Of a DNA stretch of 64,000 bases, positions 26,301 through 39,501 are shown one piece after another; the stretch's first letter is position 1, and each line of letters starts with the position of its first letter. The DNA is taken from NCBI RefSeq assembly GCF_902459465.1, contig NC_047068.1, positions 16,306,001 through 16,370,000 on the forward strand, given 5' to 3'. This DNA is from Asterias rubens. Taxonomy: Eukaryota. Both the position numbers and the translations under genes were made by a program. A model generated the notes under the pieces. That model saw nothing but the letters and a program-made list of their open reading frames with translations, did no database searches and had not been told where the DNA came from.

Positions 26301-29300
26301 GGCACCAAGGCCAACACCAGGGGCGATGGAGGTCATGGCCTGTGTGTAATTTCAGGCCTGGTTTGATGATAGTGGTTTTTTTCTCTTCTCCATCCATAGG
26401 TCACTGGGGAGATGACGACTGGGATGCCAAATCTCAGAGTAGTGAATCATCTGTCAGTAGCAGCAGCTGGTTGAAAGGAAGGAGACCTCCTAATAGGGTA
26501 AGAGACATTTTCAAATTGTTTCCAAGCTCAGTTATCTACTGTAGCATTTTGCATTTTATGCTTGACAGTGTTGGCGCCAAGTATCAGTGCTAACCCTGTA
26601 AAAGTGTTTACGATGGTCCTTGAGTTTCTAAAGATGCAGGTGCTTTTTTTTTTTATCCATCACTGGTATTTGTTAGTTAATCTCAACGTTCAATCACGGC
26701 CATACAAATTATCAAAGTCGTTGATACCCTAGACTGGACCGTTCCTCACAGAGTTGTGTTGCAGGTTTTGGTGGGAGGCGGTGCTGAAAAATATTTTCAA
26801 TCAAAATACTTTGTTCACAAATTTGTACCAACATACAGACCGTGTACAGACGTATTCAGATTAACCCTCTGATAAAGTGGAGCCATCTGTTTTGTGTAGC
26901 AGGCTTACATATGCCTTGCTGACAGAAGAGCCGGTAACTAGTGGAACCTTCCTGCGTTTTTTTTTAATTCCTTGGGTTACTCCCACATTTAAGGGTTTTA
27001 ATAAATAAACCTAAATCCTTTGTTCATTTCAGGGAACTAATGGCATGAGTAACATTGGTCAGAAGGAGTCTAACCATTGGATAAGTAAACTGAAGAGGCT
27101 GATGGACCAAGGTTACCGCCAAGACGAAGCAGAGATGGCGCTACGCAAACACAACATGAACTTTGATAGTGCCCTTAGTAAGTAGTTCTGGCTTGTAGGA
27201 AGTCCCTACTTCTTTATAATCTCCACACAAAGTTTAAAGAAAAATGTTTGATTAATTTTAAAGATCTATCCAGGCGTGCTACTATATAGCTGATTTCCTC
27301 CTTTTTTTCTCTTCATTATTTAAAGATTAAAAAAAAAACCTAGAAAGCATGGCAGCTTCCTCTGTTATGCAAAAAAAATTAAAAAGTTGCATTTTTGTGT
27401 TCCTTTCCTCTTCCCCAAATAATTGAAATAGTACTTACTTCATGTGTTTGAAGCTCTTGCTGTTATTCTTCACATATAAAAATGCCTTATTAAGTGATCT
27501 CATTTTGTTGGAGAAATTTAAACCAAAATTGTAAAATGCTTCCATCTTTAAACTGTCCGGAACGTACCACTGAATGCGTGAAATTCAAATCTGTTATGTT
27601 CCTTTTTTGTTTTGCTAATGATGTTTACAGTGGAACTGAGACAGATGTCGGAGTCCAAGTCCGGAGATCTTGTTCGCGAAATGGGATCTATGATGCTGGG
27701 TGGGGACAACCACACTGACGGCCCCAAGCCATTCGGAATGGGCGATGGCCCCTTGCCGCCCCCATCCCCAATGTCAAATCCGGGTATGATGAACAACACC
27801 ATGCCTCCCAAGCCAGGCTTTGGCAATATCGGACGAGGCGGCTTCCCACCGAACCAGCAACAGCAACGCTTTGGTGGCATGCCACAGCAACAACAGCAAC
27901 AGCAGCAGGGCTTTGCCCCACCGTTTGCTCCGCCAAACCAGCCCATCCGTGGGCCGTTCAACTCACAGATGATGCAGCAACAACAGCAGCAGCAGCAGCA
28001 GTCACAACAGCAAGCGCAGAACTTCTTGCAGTTGGCTGTCCAGGCTGGTTTGATCAATCAGAAACTTCTTCAGCAGCCTTTGACTCACCAACAGGTAGGT
28101 TATTGCTGTTGGATGGTTGAGTTATTTCTCTCTCTTGGGAGGGCAATTTTTTTTCATCAGATGATTTCTTTGCTGGGTTTTTGTTTTGTGTTAAACAGGC
28201 CTGGAAATTTCATCTTTGAGAGGGCAAGGCAACTGTGGTCTCCATGTGTTATTTCAAGGCTGTTGTACTACGTATAATTTCTAACCGCTGATGGCCTACA
28301 AATGCATTTCCAATACGCATGCACACATAATTCGCCGAACAAAAACAAATACTGTTAAAAAATTGCATCACAGTAGCCCAACAAATCTCCTTGTTTTTGT
28401 ATGGTAGAAGGGACTTTGTTTTCTGTTAAATGTCCAAGTGAAAACACATTAATACTAAAGGACTGTATTCTTGTATTGCAGATCATGGTACTGTTACAGG
28501 GCATCCAGCAGCAGACACAGCAGCTATATCAAGCCCAACAGCAGCAGAATAGCTCTGGTAAGATGCTCAACATCCATCAACAGCCAGATATAGTGCAACG
28601 CCTGTTTGCTCTGCAGCAGCAACTAAGCCAGTCCGGTGGTGGTGGACCCAATCAGCGTGGTATGCCCCGTCACTCATTCCCTCGTGGTAAAGTTCACAGC
28701 GACTCCGAAGTGTTCCCAAACAGTGAAGGAGGTGGCAACAATGGAGAGTTTGGAGTGAAGGAGCCACAGCAGTCACGTCTGTCGCAGTTCTTTCAGCAGC
28801 GTCAGTCGTTGGGCAGCGCCGTCGGCAAACCATCCAGCGATCTGTTCCCAAATCCTGGACGGAATGACTCCATGGCGTCCATCTCAGACGTGTCATCCCG
28901 TAGTGATGGATGGTCCCGCAGCAACTCACCGACCCAGACTGATAGCCTGCCCCACAGTGCCGACTCCACCTTCTCTGATTCAGGCTGGAACTTCCCTGTA
29001 TCCAACAGTGAGATTGACCTACTGGAGTTCAAACCAGGTGTGCCCTGGAAACCCCGCACCAAAGATGTCGCAAATGACCCCCATGCCACCCCGGGAAGTG
29101 TCAACAACGACCTTCTGAACAGCTCCAGCCTGACTGTGGGCATGAACACCCGTATGAACCGTAACGATCGCGGCGGCCCACGAGACGACATCTCTGGCAT
29201 CCTGATCAAGCCGATGAAACCGCCACCATCCAACGCCAACTGGTCGGGCGGCGGCGGCAACAACAGCGGCAACCCTAACTTCAAGAAGTCCAGCTGGAAT

Positions 29301-31011
29301 TACCACGACCAGGTGTCTGGCTTCTCCCAGCCCACCTCCGCTCCTAACTGGAATGTGCCTTCTAATCAGCGTCCTCCACGTCCTCCACCAGGCTTAGCTG
29401 ATCAACCGCGGAATGCTGACTGGCCGACATCGTCTTCCCACAATGCCCCGGGCCGCTCCTGGGACCGTTCCAATAGTACCTCAGGTTGGTCATTATTAAT
29501 GCTACTTCTACGGCCGTATACTATTAAGACAGTAGAAAAGTCTCCTTTTGTTAACTTCACACTAGCACTAACTGTTTATCCAAATTTTCCCAACTGAAAA
29601 ACTGCGAGAAGTTGGCTTTTGGAAACATTAGTTCTTTGATGTCTTGATTTAAGAACACAAAATATGGAAGTGTTAATGTGTTAAAATCCCTGCCAAACAT
29701 GTTTTACTGTTGTGTTTGCTGTTTTTCTCAAAAACATTTAACCCCAATTGGAACTTGTTTTTACACATTTGTTGTGTAGTGTGTTTATTTGAAAGTGGAG
29801 GAAATGAACGAGTATTCTTTTATTAATAACTGTTGGTTTGGGGTGTTTTTTTTTGTCCATTTTAGGAGCTTGGTCTGGGAGTGACGGCCCTAGTAATTGG
29901 TTGGTGCTAAGAAATCTGACCCCACAGGTGAGTCCCAAACATTTTCACCATGGTGCACTTATCCTAAAGAGGTTCACCCTGGTTTTGGGGGTTTGATTAG
30001 CAGCGTATTGCACCACAGCACCTTGTAATCCATTACATGGTGCTATGTAAAGGAAAATGGTCTCATACTTAAAAAGCATAGCCTGGCCACATACCTGGCA
30101 TGAAAAATATGTTGGAGCGCCGTGGGCGTCACTGACGTTGAGTACATGCACAATAAGAAGCCACTGTGATTTACGTTGCTTTTGGAGATGCAACATTTTG
30201 CCACTGACATGATGACATACTTTATTATTATGACATTCAGAGCCCAATTTCATAAAGCCTGTTGGCACAAATAACTGCTAAGCACTGAAAAATATTGCTT
30301 AATAGAAATGGTTTACCAGCCAAAATTACATTTAGTTTACATCGTTGTGACTGGTGTCCCACTCAAATTTTTCTTAGTAAAGAAATTTGTCAAACAGTGT
30401 GTTTTCTAGCTTTTTAAAATTTGACCCAGGTATATATTTGCCTCAGAGAGGTGTAATTTTGGTGGATTATGATACATAAGTTTGATGTTTAATTCTAGAT
30501 TGATGGATCCACCTTGCGCCTGCTGTGCCTACAACACGGCCCTCTAGAGCATTTCCACATGAACCTCTCGCAGGGCACTGCCATCATTGCCTACAAGACC
30601 CGCGACGAAGCAGTCAAGGCCCAACGCAGCCTCAACAACTGCGTCCTCAGCAATACCACGATCATCGCCGACTTCGCCACAAGTGCCGACATCGCTCGCA
30701 GCCGTAGTCAATCGCAGTCCGGCGGCAGCAAGTTCTCGGGTGTGAGTGGCAGTGGGGTCAGCGGAAGCAGCTCCGGCGGTCTGAGCGGCATCCCAAGCTT
30801 TGGGATGAAGGAGAATCGTGGTGGCACTGGGCAGTGGAATGGAACCAGCGCCACCAGTCTGCCAGGCCTCACTGGGAACCCCATGTGGTCGACTAGCACT
30901 TCAACCACCTCCATGCCATGGAGCGGAGGAGAGACTGAGACCACTGGAGCCGGCGGGCCATCCTCACTCAGCTATCTCCCTGGAGATCTGCTCGGTGAAG
31001 GGACCATGTGA
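22630..31011 (+). CDS. TNRC6: GW182/TNRC6 family miRNA-silencing effector, spliced CDS join(22630..23311,23573..25609,26400..26497,27033..27177,27631..28094,28482..29484,29866..29927,30499..31011), about 1667 aa
   Basis: All introns are GT..AG with matching phases, and the exons sum to 5004 nt. Family motifs: N-terminal [14 protein letters not shown] (cf. vertebrate VIVDGSDMEEWPCI), dispersed GW/WG repeats, IDNGTAAWG and [13 protein letters not shown] Ago hooks, UBA, poly-Q, QSRL motif, [12 protein letters not shown]2, PPPGL, RRM ([10 protein letters not shown]|[16 protein letters not shown]) and C-terminal [12 protein letters not shown]. Confidence 0.96.
23573..25609 (+). CDS. TNRC6: TNRC6 large GW-repeat (Argonaute-binding) exon
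   Basis: ttcag|GT acceptor, GGCG|gtaagt donor, 2037-nt open frame rich in GW/WG. Confidence 0.93.
25770..26020 (-). mobile_element. Kolobok-type MITE, AGGCAGTGGACAC family, truncated, intronic
   Basis: TTAA plus AGGCAGTGGACACTATTGGTAA at the left end; right end missing. Confidence 0.8.
26400..26497 (+). CDS. TNRC6: TNRC6 exon ([10 protein letters not shown]...PPNR)
   Basis: Pyrimidine tract plus ccatag|G acceptor, AGG|gtaaga donor; phase 1 in, phase 0 out. Confidence 0.85.
27033..27177 (+). CDS. TNRC6: TNRC6 UBA-domain exon
   Basis: Encodes [30 protein letters not shown] (UBA pattern); ttcag| acceptor, A|gtaagt donor. Confidence 0.92.
27631..28094 (+). CDS. TNRC6: TNRC6 P/Q-rich exon
   Basis: tacag|TG acceptor, CAG|gtaggt donor; CAA/CAG poly-Q runs. 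Confidence 0.88.
28482..29484 (+). CDS. TNRC6: TNRC6 silencing-domain exon (Q-rich, CIM-1-like 28758-28790, PAM2 29001-29054, P-GL 29379-29396)
   Basis: ttgcag|ATC acceptor, TCAG|gttggt donor; motifs read directly from the translation. Confidence 0.88.
29866..29927 (+). CDS. TNRC6: TNRC6 RRM N-terminal exon
   Basis: tttag|GA acceptor, CAG|gtgagt donor; encodes [10 protein letters not shown]. Confidence 0.93.
30238..30429. mobile_element. GGGCCCAATTTCAT-family MITE, degenerate, intronic
   Basis: Similar to the copies at 35204, 38090 and 44141. Confidence 0.6.
30499..31011 (+). CDS. TNRC6: TNRC6 last coding exon (RRM and C-terminal tail)
   Basis: ttctag|ATT acceptor; [16 protein letters not shown]...LGEGTM; TGA at 31009-31011. 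Confidence 0.95.
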   Translation: MDGSTLRLLCLQHGPLEHFHMNLSQGTAIIAYKTRDEAVKAQRSLNNCVLSNTTIIADFATSADIARSRSQSQSGGSKFSGVSGSGVSGSSSGGLSGIPSFGMKENRGGTGQWNGTSATSLPGLTGNPMWSTSTSTTSMPWSGGETETTGAGGPSSLSYLPGDLLGEGTM

Positions 31012-34000
31012 GAGGTCACATTCTTATTAAGCTGAGTTTTATATTTTCATTTTGTGCAAAAGGAAAACCACACACTCACACACACAAAACGTTCAGGAAA
31101 TACTGACTTTCTGGAAAGTGAAGGTCGGAAGTTTGTTATTTTGGTTTTTGCATCAGATAGTTCTATTGGATATGCCAGAAGGAGATGTTTATAATTGAAG
31201 CGTAGTCTTAAAAACTTTACAGTGTTTATCCTTAGCTTTGGTACACAAAGATAAAAGGATAAGTTTATTAATGCCAAATGTATCTGCTTTTTACTTGTGT
31301 TTTAATGATTTGAAATCTTCTACTCATAATTTTTTGTAAATACTTGTGTATGCATCTCTCTGCCAAGACTCCAGCTATTAAAATGCTCAAGGACTTATTT
31401 CAGACAAATATATTTTAGAGGTTTAGTGAGCGGGTGAGAAAGAGTGGGAGAGATAGAGTGAGAGTGTTTTATTGAAGAAACTTCATATGCCACGTTTGTC
31501 CATCAGAACTAGTGCAAGTATCGTTTAAATGACCAAATGGACAATGCGTTTATCAAAAAAACAATAAGCCTCGTTGATTCGAGCAAAAGAGGGGTGAGGG
31601 TATTAGCCAGCTCTATGAAGTGACAATCCCACTCCACCCCAACACAACAGTGTATTTTTTAACTCATTAAAAAAAAAAAAAATGTGGAGAAAAAAAAAGA
31701 AGAAAAGAAGTGCCCTCCCCTCGGCAATATGACAGGAGATGTAATGGCCGTGTGTGCTTGTGTGGATCCAGAAGTCACCATTTCGAGTGTGTCTCGCCAG
31801 GATTTCCCACGGAGGAACAATTCACTTGTTGAAACAAAATGGCCTCCGGCCAGGCTCTTATGGAGAAAAAGGACTCCCACGTGTCAAACTGAACCCAAAC
31901 AATGAATCCCCCAAAGTTGCTTTTCAAGACTACAGCATCGGAGTGATCTCCTTGTGAAGATTGACAATGATCTGATGGTCATTCTATACGGTTTCCTGAA
32001 AATGTGCAATGGAAATATATCTTTCTAAACTGTTTTTTTTCTCTTGTTTTTTGTTGGACTCGGGCGCCAGCCACGTGCGGGTTTTGTGTTAAAAGAAAAA
32101 AATAAGTATTTGTTTTTGGCGTCTTCTGTGTATAAGGAGCTGTGGATTCAATCAAGATGGAGTCTCAGAGGAGGATTAATTGTGCTATTCGATACGGTGG
32201 AGTGCAACTAAAGATAAACTTTGTATCGGAAGTGCACTTGGATGTTGTGACACCAAGCTGCTCGAAGGACCTGAGTGGTAAAGCTACAGCTGAAAATGCT
32301 TCTGGAGAAGCGGAAAGAAAGAGACAAGGAAGGAGGGGGGGGGACTATAAACGATTGTGCTCCAAATGATGTGACAAATCATCGTTGCTTTAAAGGGAAT
32401 GTCGTCAAAATGAACGAAAGGATAGCAAATTGATAAGCGTCGCTCTTCTCACATAAGAGACGATTGTTGTTTTCTAAAGATGATCCTGTAGAGGGGGATG
32501 GAAACCTTTTGGAAGTGAGCAGTTAACAACTGCCCCCCCCCCCCCTGGATTTGGAATGGTGCCGCACAAACAAAACAAGATTTGGTTAACTGGTTCATTT
32601 GTAGCATCCAAAGTGCAATTTCAACGCTTGTGTTTTTGATTATTCGCACTGGACGTGATCGAAGACGATTTTAAAAACAAACAAGTTTGTGGAACCGAAC
32701 CCGCCATCAGTGTACCACAGAAAAATGACTGAATACTGGAACGAAAACACTTATGAGTGCGGAGAGGGCAAGATCAATTTCTTAGGATTGGAGAGTGAGA
32801 ACTACCCCCCCCCCTTTAACAAGACGCCCCCCGTTTTGGCTGAAGGTCTACTGAAATCGGCATGACTGTCTTTCATCATCTTATAGATAATTTAAGTGTG
32901 TACCATTGAAATTTCGCGAAGAGAGAAAAAAACAAAAAGGACAATGTACATTATGTATTTTGAATACTGCACTATTGTATGCCTGTCTGTTAAAGCGGAT
33001 GGCTTTTTTGTTTTGTTTTTTGGTTGTTCTGTTTATGTGACAAGAAAACTAAAACTGATGCTGACAACGCAGATGAGAAACTTTTCTAAACCGTCAATTC
33101 TTTGTACAGAAGCATCCATTGGTAAAAGCTGCACAAGTTTTCTGAATAATTGTATTTCATAGTGCCTATCCTTTATCACATGATACATGTATAAATAAGT
33201 AAGAACTTAATTACTAAAAAACTTTGTAAATATATTGGAAAAAAAAAAAAAAAAAAAAAAAAAATCCAGCCAAAAATAAAACACATTACAAAATAACCAC
33301 CAGTTTTTTGCAAATATGCAAGTTGATAGGGTTTGTGCAAGGTAATGTATTAAATGAAAGTGAAATGAAAAAAATAACAAAAAATCTTACAAAAAAAATC
33401 ATAAAAATACTATAAAAAAAAACTAAATGAAAAGAAAATTGACACTTAACAGGGTCTTTGAGTGATCCTATTTGTGTACGCGAAAAGTTTTTATTTTTTG
33501 CATATTTTGGTTGGAACAGTTGCTGTGTGTGCAAATATCGGAGTTAGATCTCCCAAATCAGAACTCAATACAGTGCTTTTAAATTTTTTTTCAGAAGATA
33601 TTTTTTATTAATCATTGGTGCGAGCAGGAATTTCTGGGTGATTCATGAAATATTTTGTTATTTTTGTTTTGTTGTGAACAAAGACGATCAAGTCAGATTG
33701 AGGAAAGGTTTTTTTATAAGGAGAGGGAGGTTTCAAGAAGTTATATAGATTGGGGAAACTTGGAGCAGCGTTAGTTTAGAGAAACTGCCGTTGTGTAAAA
33801 ATGCTTTTCAAAACAATGAGTCGATTCTGTTTCAGTAACTAAAAACAAAAGAAAGGACGAAATAGCTTGGTTTCTCTGATAGTTTAATTACCTTTGCCAA
33901 AATTAAACAATGGATTCTGAAACCAAGCTAGGGAGGTGAACCATGTTTTGATACCCTTCGCAAATGCTGTTCTTTTACCTTAACAAATTTGCTTCAGAAA

Positions 34001-35203
34001 GTCCTAATTTATAGCTGATTGAAATAACTCCTGTATGTACCTTTATTATGGAGCTACCATCTTGTCTTTCACCCATTTCAAATCAATATCGCCAAACCGA
34101 GGCTAGAGGGGAATACTAACATGGCCCCTTATTTTGCAAGACAAAAAATAAGTATCCATTATATATTTGGTATACAGGGTACAAGACGATGAGGGTAGCA
34201 ACATGATAAACAAGGCTAGGCTTAATGTGCTGTTAAAAAAAAGACAACTCTCTACACACAGTAGAAGCTTGTTGTACTGCAGAACAGAGATATTCATCTC
34301 AACCGAAAAGCAGAAATAGTTTACATCGGGGATAAAAGCCTAAACAAGAAAATCAACAAACCTTGAAATATTCACCCAAAAGTTGCTTTTTGTGTGTGTC
34401 CGCTTGTCTGTTTTTAGCAGCACTATTATGGCTGAAAGAATTGCATCCCATATTGTGGATTGAGAAAAGTAGGGTTGTGACAAGACTATTTCACTGGCAA
34501 TTTCTAACAATTTCTGTCAAATTTATAGCGGAATTGTTTCACAAGACTTGTTCAATTGTGAACAAAAAGGGAACAAATTGAAAATTTTCTTTAATATAAT
34601 TTGTGTCAGATTATAGATTAAATTGTTAGAGAATGCCAGTTGAATTCTAAACAAAAAACCTCCCGACACTATGCATTGGCATCATTGTCAGACATCACTG
34701 GCCAAATACTATGTGTACAAGATGTGAACATGGGTTAATTGTTATAACTGCAATAACTTCATTCTCAGTTTCGGGAAATAATGTCAGTCTTTCCATTTTG
34801 GGAGGGGGAGTTTATTTTATTTTATTTTTTTTTAATAAAGAATACAGTAACTTGTTATGAAATCATGTAATATGAGTAGTTTTTCAACTCACCTTCATAT
34901 AGTCTCTAAATTTAACCTCCAACAAAGTAATATTTCATACTTACATGTTACCCCCCCCCCCCCCCCCTTGATAACATTTTGGATTCAGTTACGGTATATT
35001 ATTCAGTTTAAGATGTATTCGGTTTTTGTGTTTGTCCTTCATTCTTTAACCTTCAGGTATAATTCTAAACAATATTTTAAAACTGATATTTTGTCTGGGG
35101 TGAAGATCTGAAGAAATGAATAGGGTTCTCAGCTGGTCTAATCAGAACGAAAATTGACAAATTTTAAACCACGCCTATAGGCAATGCCAACTTTGCAACT
35201 TTG

Positions 35204-35400
35204 CAGGGCCCAATTTCATAGAGCTGTTCAGCAGAAGATGGTGTTTAGTATGTTTTTGTCTGCTTAGCAAAACTAGTAGGTAACCCAATCATCAACACTA
35301 TACATTACATGGAACGTTTGGCTAGTAAACTATCTGCTATGCAACATTTTCTGTGCGAAGCACTTCTTTTTGCTAAACAGCTCTAAGCTAGTGGGCCCTG
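35204..35400. mobile_element. GGGCCCAATTTCAT-family MITE
   Basis: CAGGGCCC...GGGCCCTG ends, family interior. Confidence 0.7.
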
Positions 35401-35691
35401 GGGTCGATAGTCCTAACTTAGGACTAATCCTACGAGTTTTTAAAAAGCTAAGGCCTATCCTAAGTTAGGAGATAAGACTAGTCCTCAACTCCTTGTGACA
35501 TCAACCCTAATTGATCTAGAATGTCTTAGTCAGTGTTGTCTCTCTCAGTACTCACAATTATCAAGAGAGAAATCAGTTGTTCCTTTATCAAGAGACATTT
35601 GGCTGCCATGTTCATTTCTTCAAATAGAATAAGCAATTCTTTGTGGTGACCTGTAGCATCTTATCAGACAGGGGTGTGAACTACTGCTTAA

Positions 35692-36070
35692 AGGCAGTGG
35701 ACACTATTGGTAACTGTCAAAGACTAGCCTTCACAGTTGGTGTATCTCAACATATGCATAAAATAACAGACCTGTGAAAATTTGAGCTCAATTGGTCGTC
35801 GGAGTTGTGAGATAATAATGAAAGAAAAATAACCCTTGTCACATGTAGTTGTGTATGTTTAGATGGTTAATTTCGAGACCTCAAGTTCTAAATCTGAGGT
35901 CTCAAAATCAATTTCGTGGAAAATTACTTCCTTTTCAAAAAATTATGGCACTTCAGAGGGAGCCGTTTCTCACAATGTTTTATACCATCAACCTCTCCGC
36001 ATTACTTGTCACCAAGAAAGGTTTTATGCCAATAATTATCTTGAGTAATTACCAATGGTGTCCACTGCCT
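35692..36070 (+). mobile_element. Kolobok-type MITE, AGGCAGTGGACAC family, full length
   Basis: TTAA TSDs at 35688-35691 and 36071-36074; ~20-bp TIR. Confidence 0.9.
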
Positions 36071-38089
36071 TTAATAGGGGCTCCAAGGTTATGTTCAGTA
36101 TTTGATGCCCTCATGTACAAGTCTCTAACCTCTCGTTAAAATGGTGTAAAATGCCACTGTGTTTGGTACCCTTTAAACGATACTTTTGTTAAAAGCAAAA
36201 AATGGTTGATGACATCACCCTTCAATGGTCTGTACATTTGTGTACAGAGAATGTTCAGTTCTTTCCTGAATTCTGATGATAGTCGAGCTAAACGACGCTG
36301 AATTTGAAATCTGGCGCAGAAATTCCTCTTTGGAATGTAAAGACCGGAAAGAGTATCAAATAAATTGATATTTTACAACATTTGAGCGTGAGGCTTGAGA
36401 CTTGTAGCTTTTTCCACACTTTCATGAGGTCTCTAGCTATTGGAAAATGAGAGCATCACGAAACTTGATTCGACTGAGAGCCCTTTTAATTCCGATATTT
36501 GTTTGTTTCCTGGTTTTTATTTTCAATGGTTTTTATTTTTATCATGGGCCAGGACATCCTTGTTTCTTGCAACCATTTCTTAGTTTCTCTCTTTCTTGTT
36601 TTGTTTTTCCTCACTTCTACTACAAACTGGATTCTGGCACAATTTGTACAGGGTTTGAAGGGGGTTTAAGGTCACAATGCAAATAAACTTTTATACCTTT
36701 AATATTGACTTAAACAAACAACTTTATAGACAAACTGCGTTACAACTTAAGAAGAAAATAACTGAACATGTTTTGCTTAATTCAAATTTAATATAACAGT
36801 GTAATGAAATAATTTAAAGAAATATTCTAAATCATGTATATTATTATTCACCAATTGTGAAATTATGAACAAGATCAGCCAATAATGGTTAAGTGGGAGG
36901 GGGTTTAGAAATCATTGGCCTTTCCTCCTATTTCCATCCTAATTGAAGGAATGAATTTGTATGATATGTGAATGCAAATATACATAAATATATATATATA
37001 TGTATGCTGCCAATTGTCAACTTACCATTTTTCGTAAAATGACAGCCCCTATTTAGTTTCGTATTAATACCAAAGGGCAGATTTTGTGCTATGTATTGGG
37101 GGAAATGGTTTGATAGACTTTACATAAACATTTAAAATATAATGTAGCGTGATTTTTCTACTGGCTTGGAAATGAGTATCTGAAATCAGAAGTTGTTTTT
37201 AAAACTAAAATAATCGTGCTTTGTACAAATGCTTGATCTAGTTATTAATTGTCTGTCTGTTTGTTTTGGGTTGTTTTTTTTGCGTTTTTATTTGTGTGCA
37301 AGAGTGAGTTTTTATTCCTCATTCTCTGTGAGACTGAAAAGCAACTAAATTTTTTTTTGTTAGCATAAGGACCATTTCAGAAAAGGAAAAAGAAATTTGA
37401 AGATAAAAAATGTATAACTAAATGAATATGTTACGGCACCTGTGCAGTACTCTATTGGTTTCTTTAAAGAAAAACGCAATTTAACGCATTCCTCTGTTAA
37501 TATGATCATGCAACTCCCTTTTGTGCAGTTTTTTTCTTTTGTTTTGGGGGTCTTTTTTCCCCAGCTTTTGGGGGTTAAAAGAATATGCAAAAATGGTATT
37601 TTGTGCTTGAACAGGTTACTCTCTCAAATCTGATGATTATGTATAATTGGTTAACATTTTAAAAAGCTAATCCACATACTATCATTAGAATTTTGTTTCG
37701 GTTTTCTCAGGGTTAGTAAAAGGAAAACCAATTTTTTTTATCAATATTATTGTAGCGTATACTCCATGTGATTATTGGTTTTATGTTAAGCCTACTTGTA
37801 CATGCACCACTTGTGCAGTGTTACCGAGTTCTGAACTCTCTTGTACAGTTAAACAGAAAAGAAAAAAATAGTAGTAAAACAAAAAGAGAGAAATGTGGGA
37901 GTTAACAACTGAAACAATCAACAATGCCAGTGCTGCCAATTAATTAAACTGTCGTACATTAAACTGCCATGATAAACAAAAGGAGGGTGAATAATTAACT
38001 TGTATATGATGTTATAACAAATGATACACTATCAATGTAAACCACTGTGCTGTTTGAACTACATGTTCTATACTGTCTGGCCCACTTCT

Positions 38090-38332
38090 GGGGCCAATTT
38101 CATAGAGCTGCTTAAGCAAAAACATTTGCTTAAGCACGAAAATAGCTTGCTTATGGTAACATGTTACTGGCCAAAATTTCATGCCATATACATTGCTTTT
38201 GACTGGTATTTAGCTGTGTTTACTTAGCATAACAATTGAGTGGAGTCTTGGCCGGTAATCTGATTTTATTAGGCAAGGATTGTTTTGCTTAAGCACAATT
38301 TTGTGCTTAAGCAGCTCTATGGAATTGGGCCC
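38090..38332. mobile_element. GGGCCCAATTTCAT-family MITE, well preserved
   Basis: ~29-bp TIR GGGGCCAATTTCATAGAGCTGCTTAAGCA / TGCTTAAGCAGCTCTATGGAATTGGGCCC. Confidence 0.82.
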
Positions 38333-39461
38333 ACAGGTCTCTTCCCCTGTGTATACAACATTGAGTAGAAACGAATAATTATTTGAAATTGTATTTATCA
38401 GAAATCTTGATCTGACCTTAGTAGCAGATGAAACTAAAATCACAGGGTTTTGTATATGATGCTCAAGGAGGCATTTGCTACAACACTCTTTTATTTTTAT
38501 GTTGTGATTCTAGCTTGCTCTCTCGCAAATTGAGGAGTTTTTTTATTCCATTTAGTACGTCCACATTATTTGAGTAATCAAACATATTTAAGAGAGCTCT
38601 GTCACATGATTTTTCTTTTGTATTTATTCCAAAAATTTAAGATATAACCGTTTGCAAAACAACAAATAATTTTTTTCTCCCAAATTTATGACTGTGAAAT
38701 GTTGTGGTAACTTATATATATATATCTATATATAAAACATTATATGAAAACAAAACTGTATTTATTGTGGTTAGAGATTGATAATTAATGCAGTAAGGTT
38801 GCTTTCTTTGTGTTCCTTTTTACTTCTGTTTTTTTTAAGTCACAGCTCATTGTTTATTGTTTGACTTTCAGACTGAGATGTGGGAAGTTTTTAAAGATTG
38901 TGCCTGCTTTTAGAGTTTGATGCCTAGAAAGGATTGGGCAGGGGTGGGGAGGTTTTTTTCAGGGGCGGAGTTTAGGGTAGGTTCAGGAAGGCAGACAGTA
39001 TTCATCATTCCGTAGTGTACTATTGTGCCAAGTAGGAAGTAACGTTGAGAAACCTTACAAGAGTTTAAATTCCTGATTTGTAAGTTTTTGGTTTGATTTT
39101 TTGAAATGCCAAGAAAAGAAGTATGTTTTTGAAATAATAATTGTCTGTCCTGTGTGCATCTACATTTGCTTCTTGTTTCTTCGATAAATAGTATATTTGA
39201 TTCTATTCTGAAAATAATGAGATTTTTTGTTTCTTTTTGGATATAACCACTCTGAGTTTTGAGAGAATATTTATGGATGTATTTTTTTGGCTTTTAATGT
39301 TAGGTTGTTTTTTTGCGGACATGCCCAAGTTCCGTTTATGATCTATTTGTTTAATAATTGTATTGATGTACATTAACATAACAAAGCACCATTGTACGGG
39401 TGGTTGTAATTAATACTTCAGATTTCTCTTCCAAGAATGGTTTAATGAAGGAAAAAAAATA

Positions 39462-39501
<40 letters not shown>

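Noticed and set aside
28557-28563. Strong donor-like CTG|GTAAGA inside the silencing-domain exon
   Set aside because: The frame stays open, the conserved QSRL/PAM2 motifs follow, and no matching acceptor was evident; unsupported without RNA data.
22582-31030. Numerous antisense and alternate-frame ORFs over TNRC6 (e.g. 24223..24993, 27548..28057, 28802..29284)
   Set aside because: Shadow ORFs caused by GC-rich, low-complexity codons of the real gene; poly-C/P/S translations with no domain signatures.
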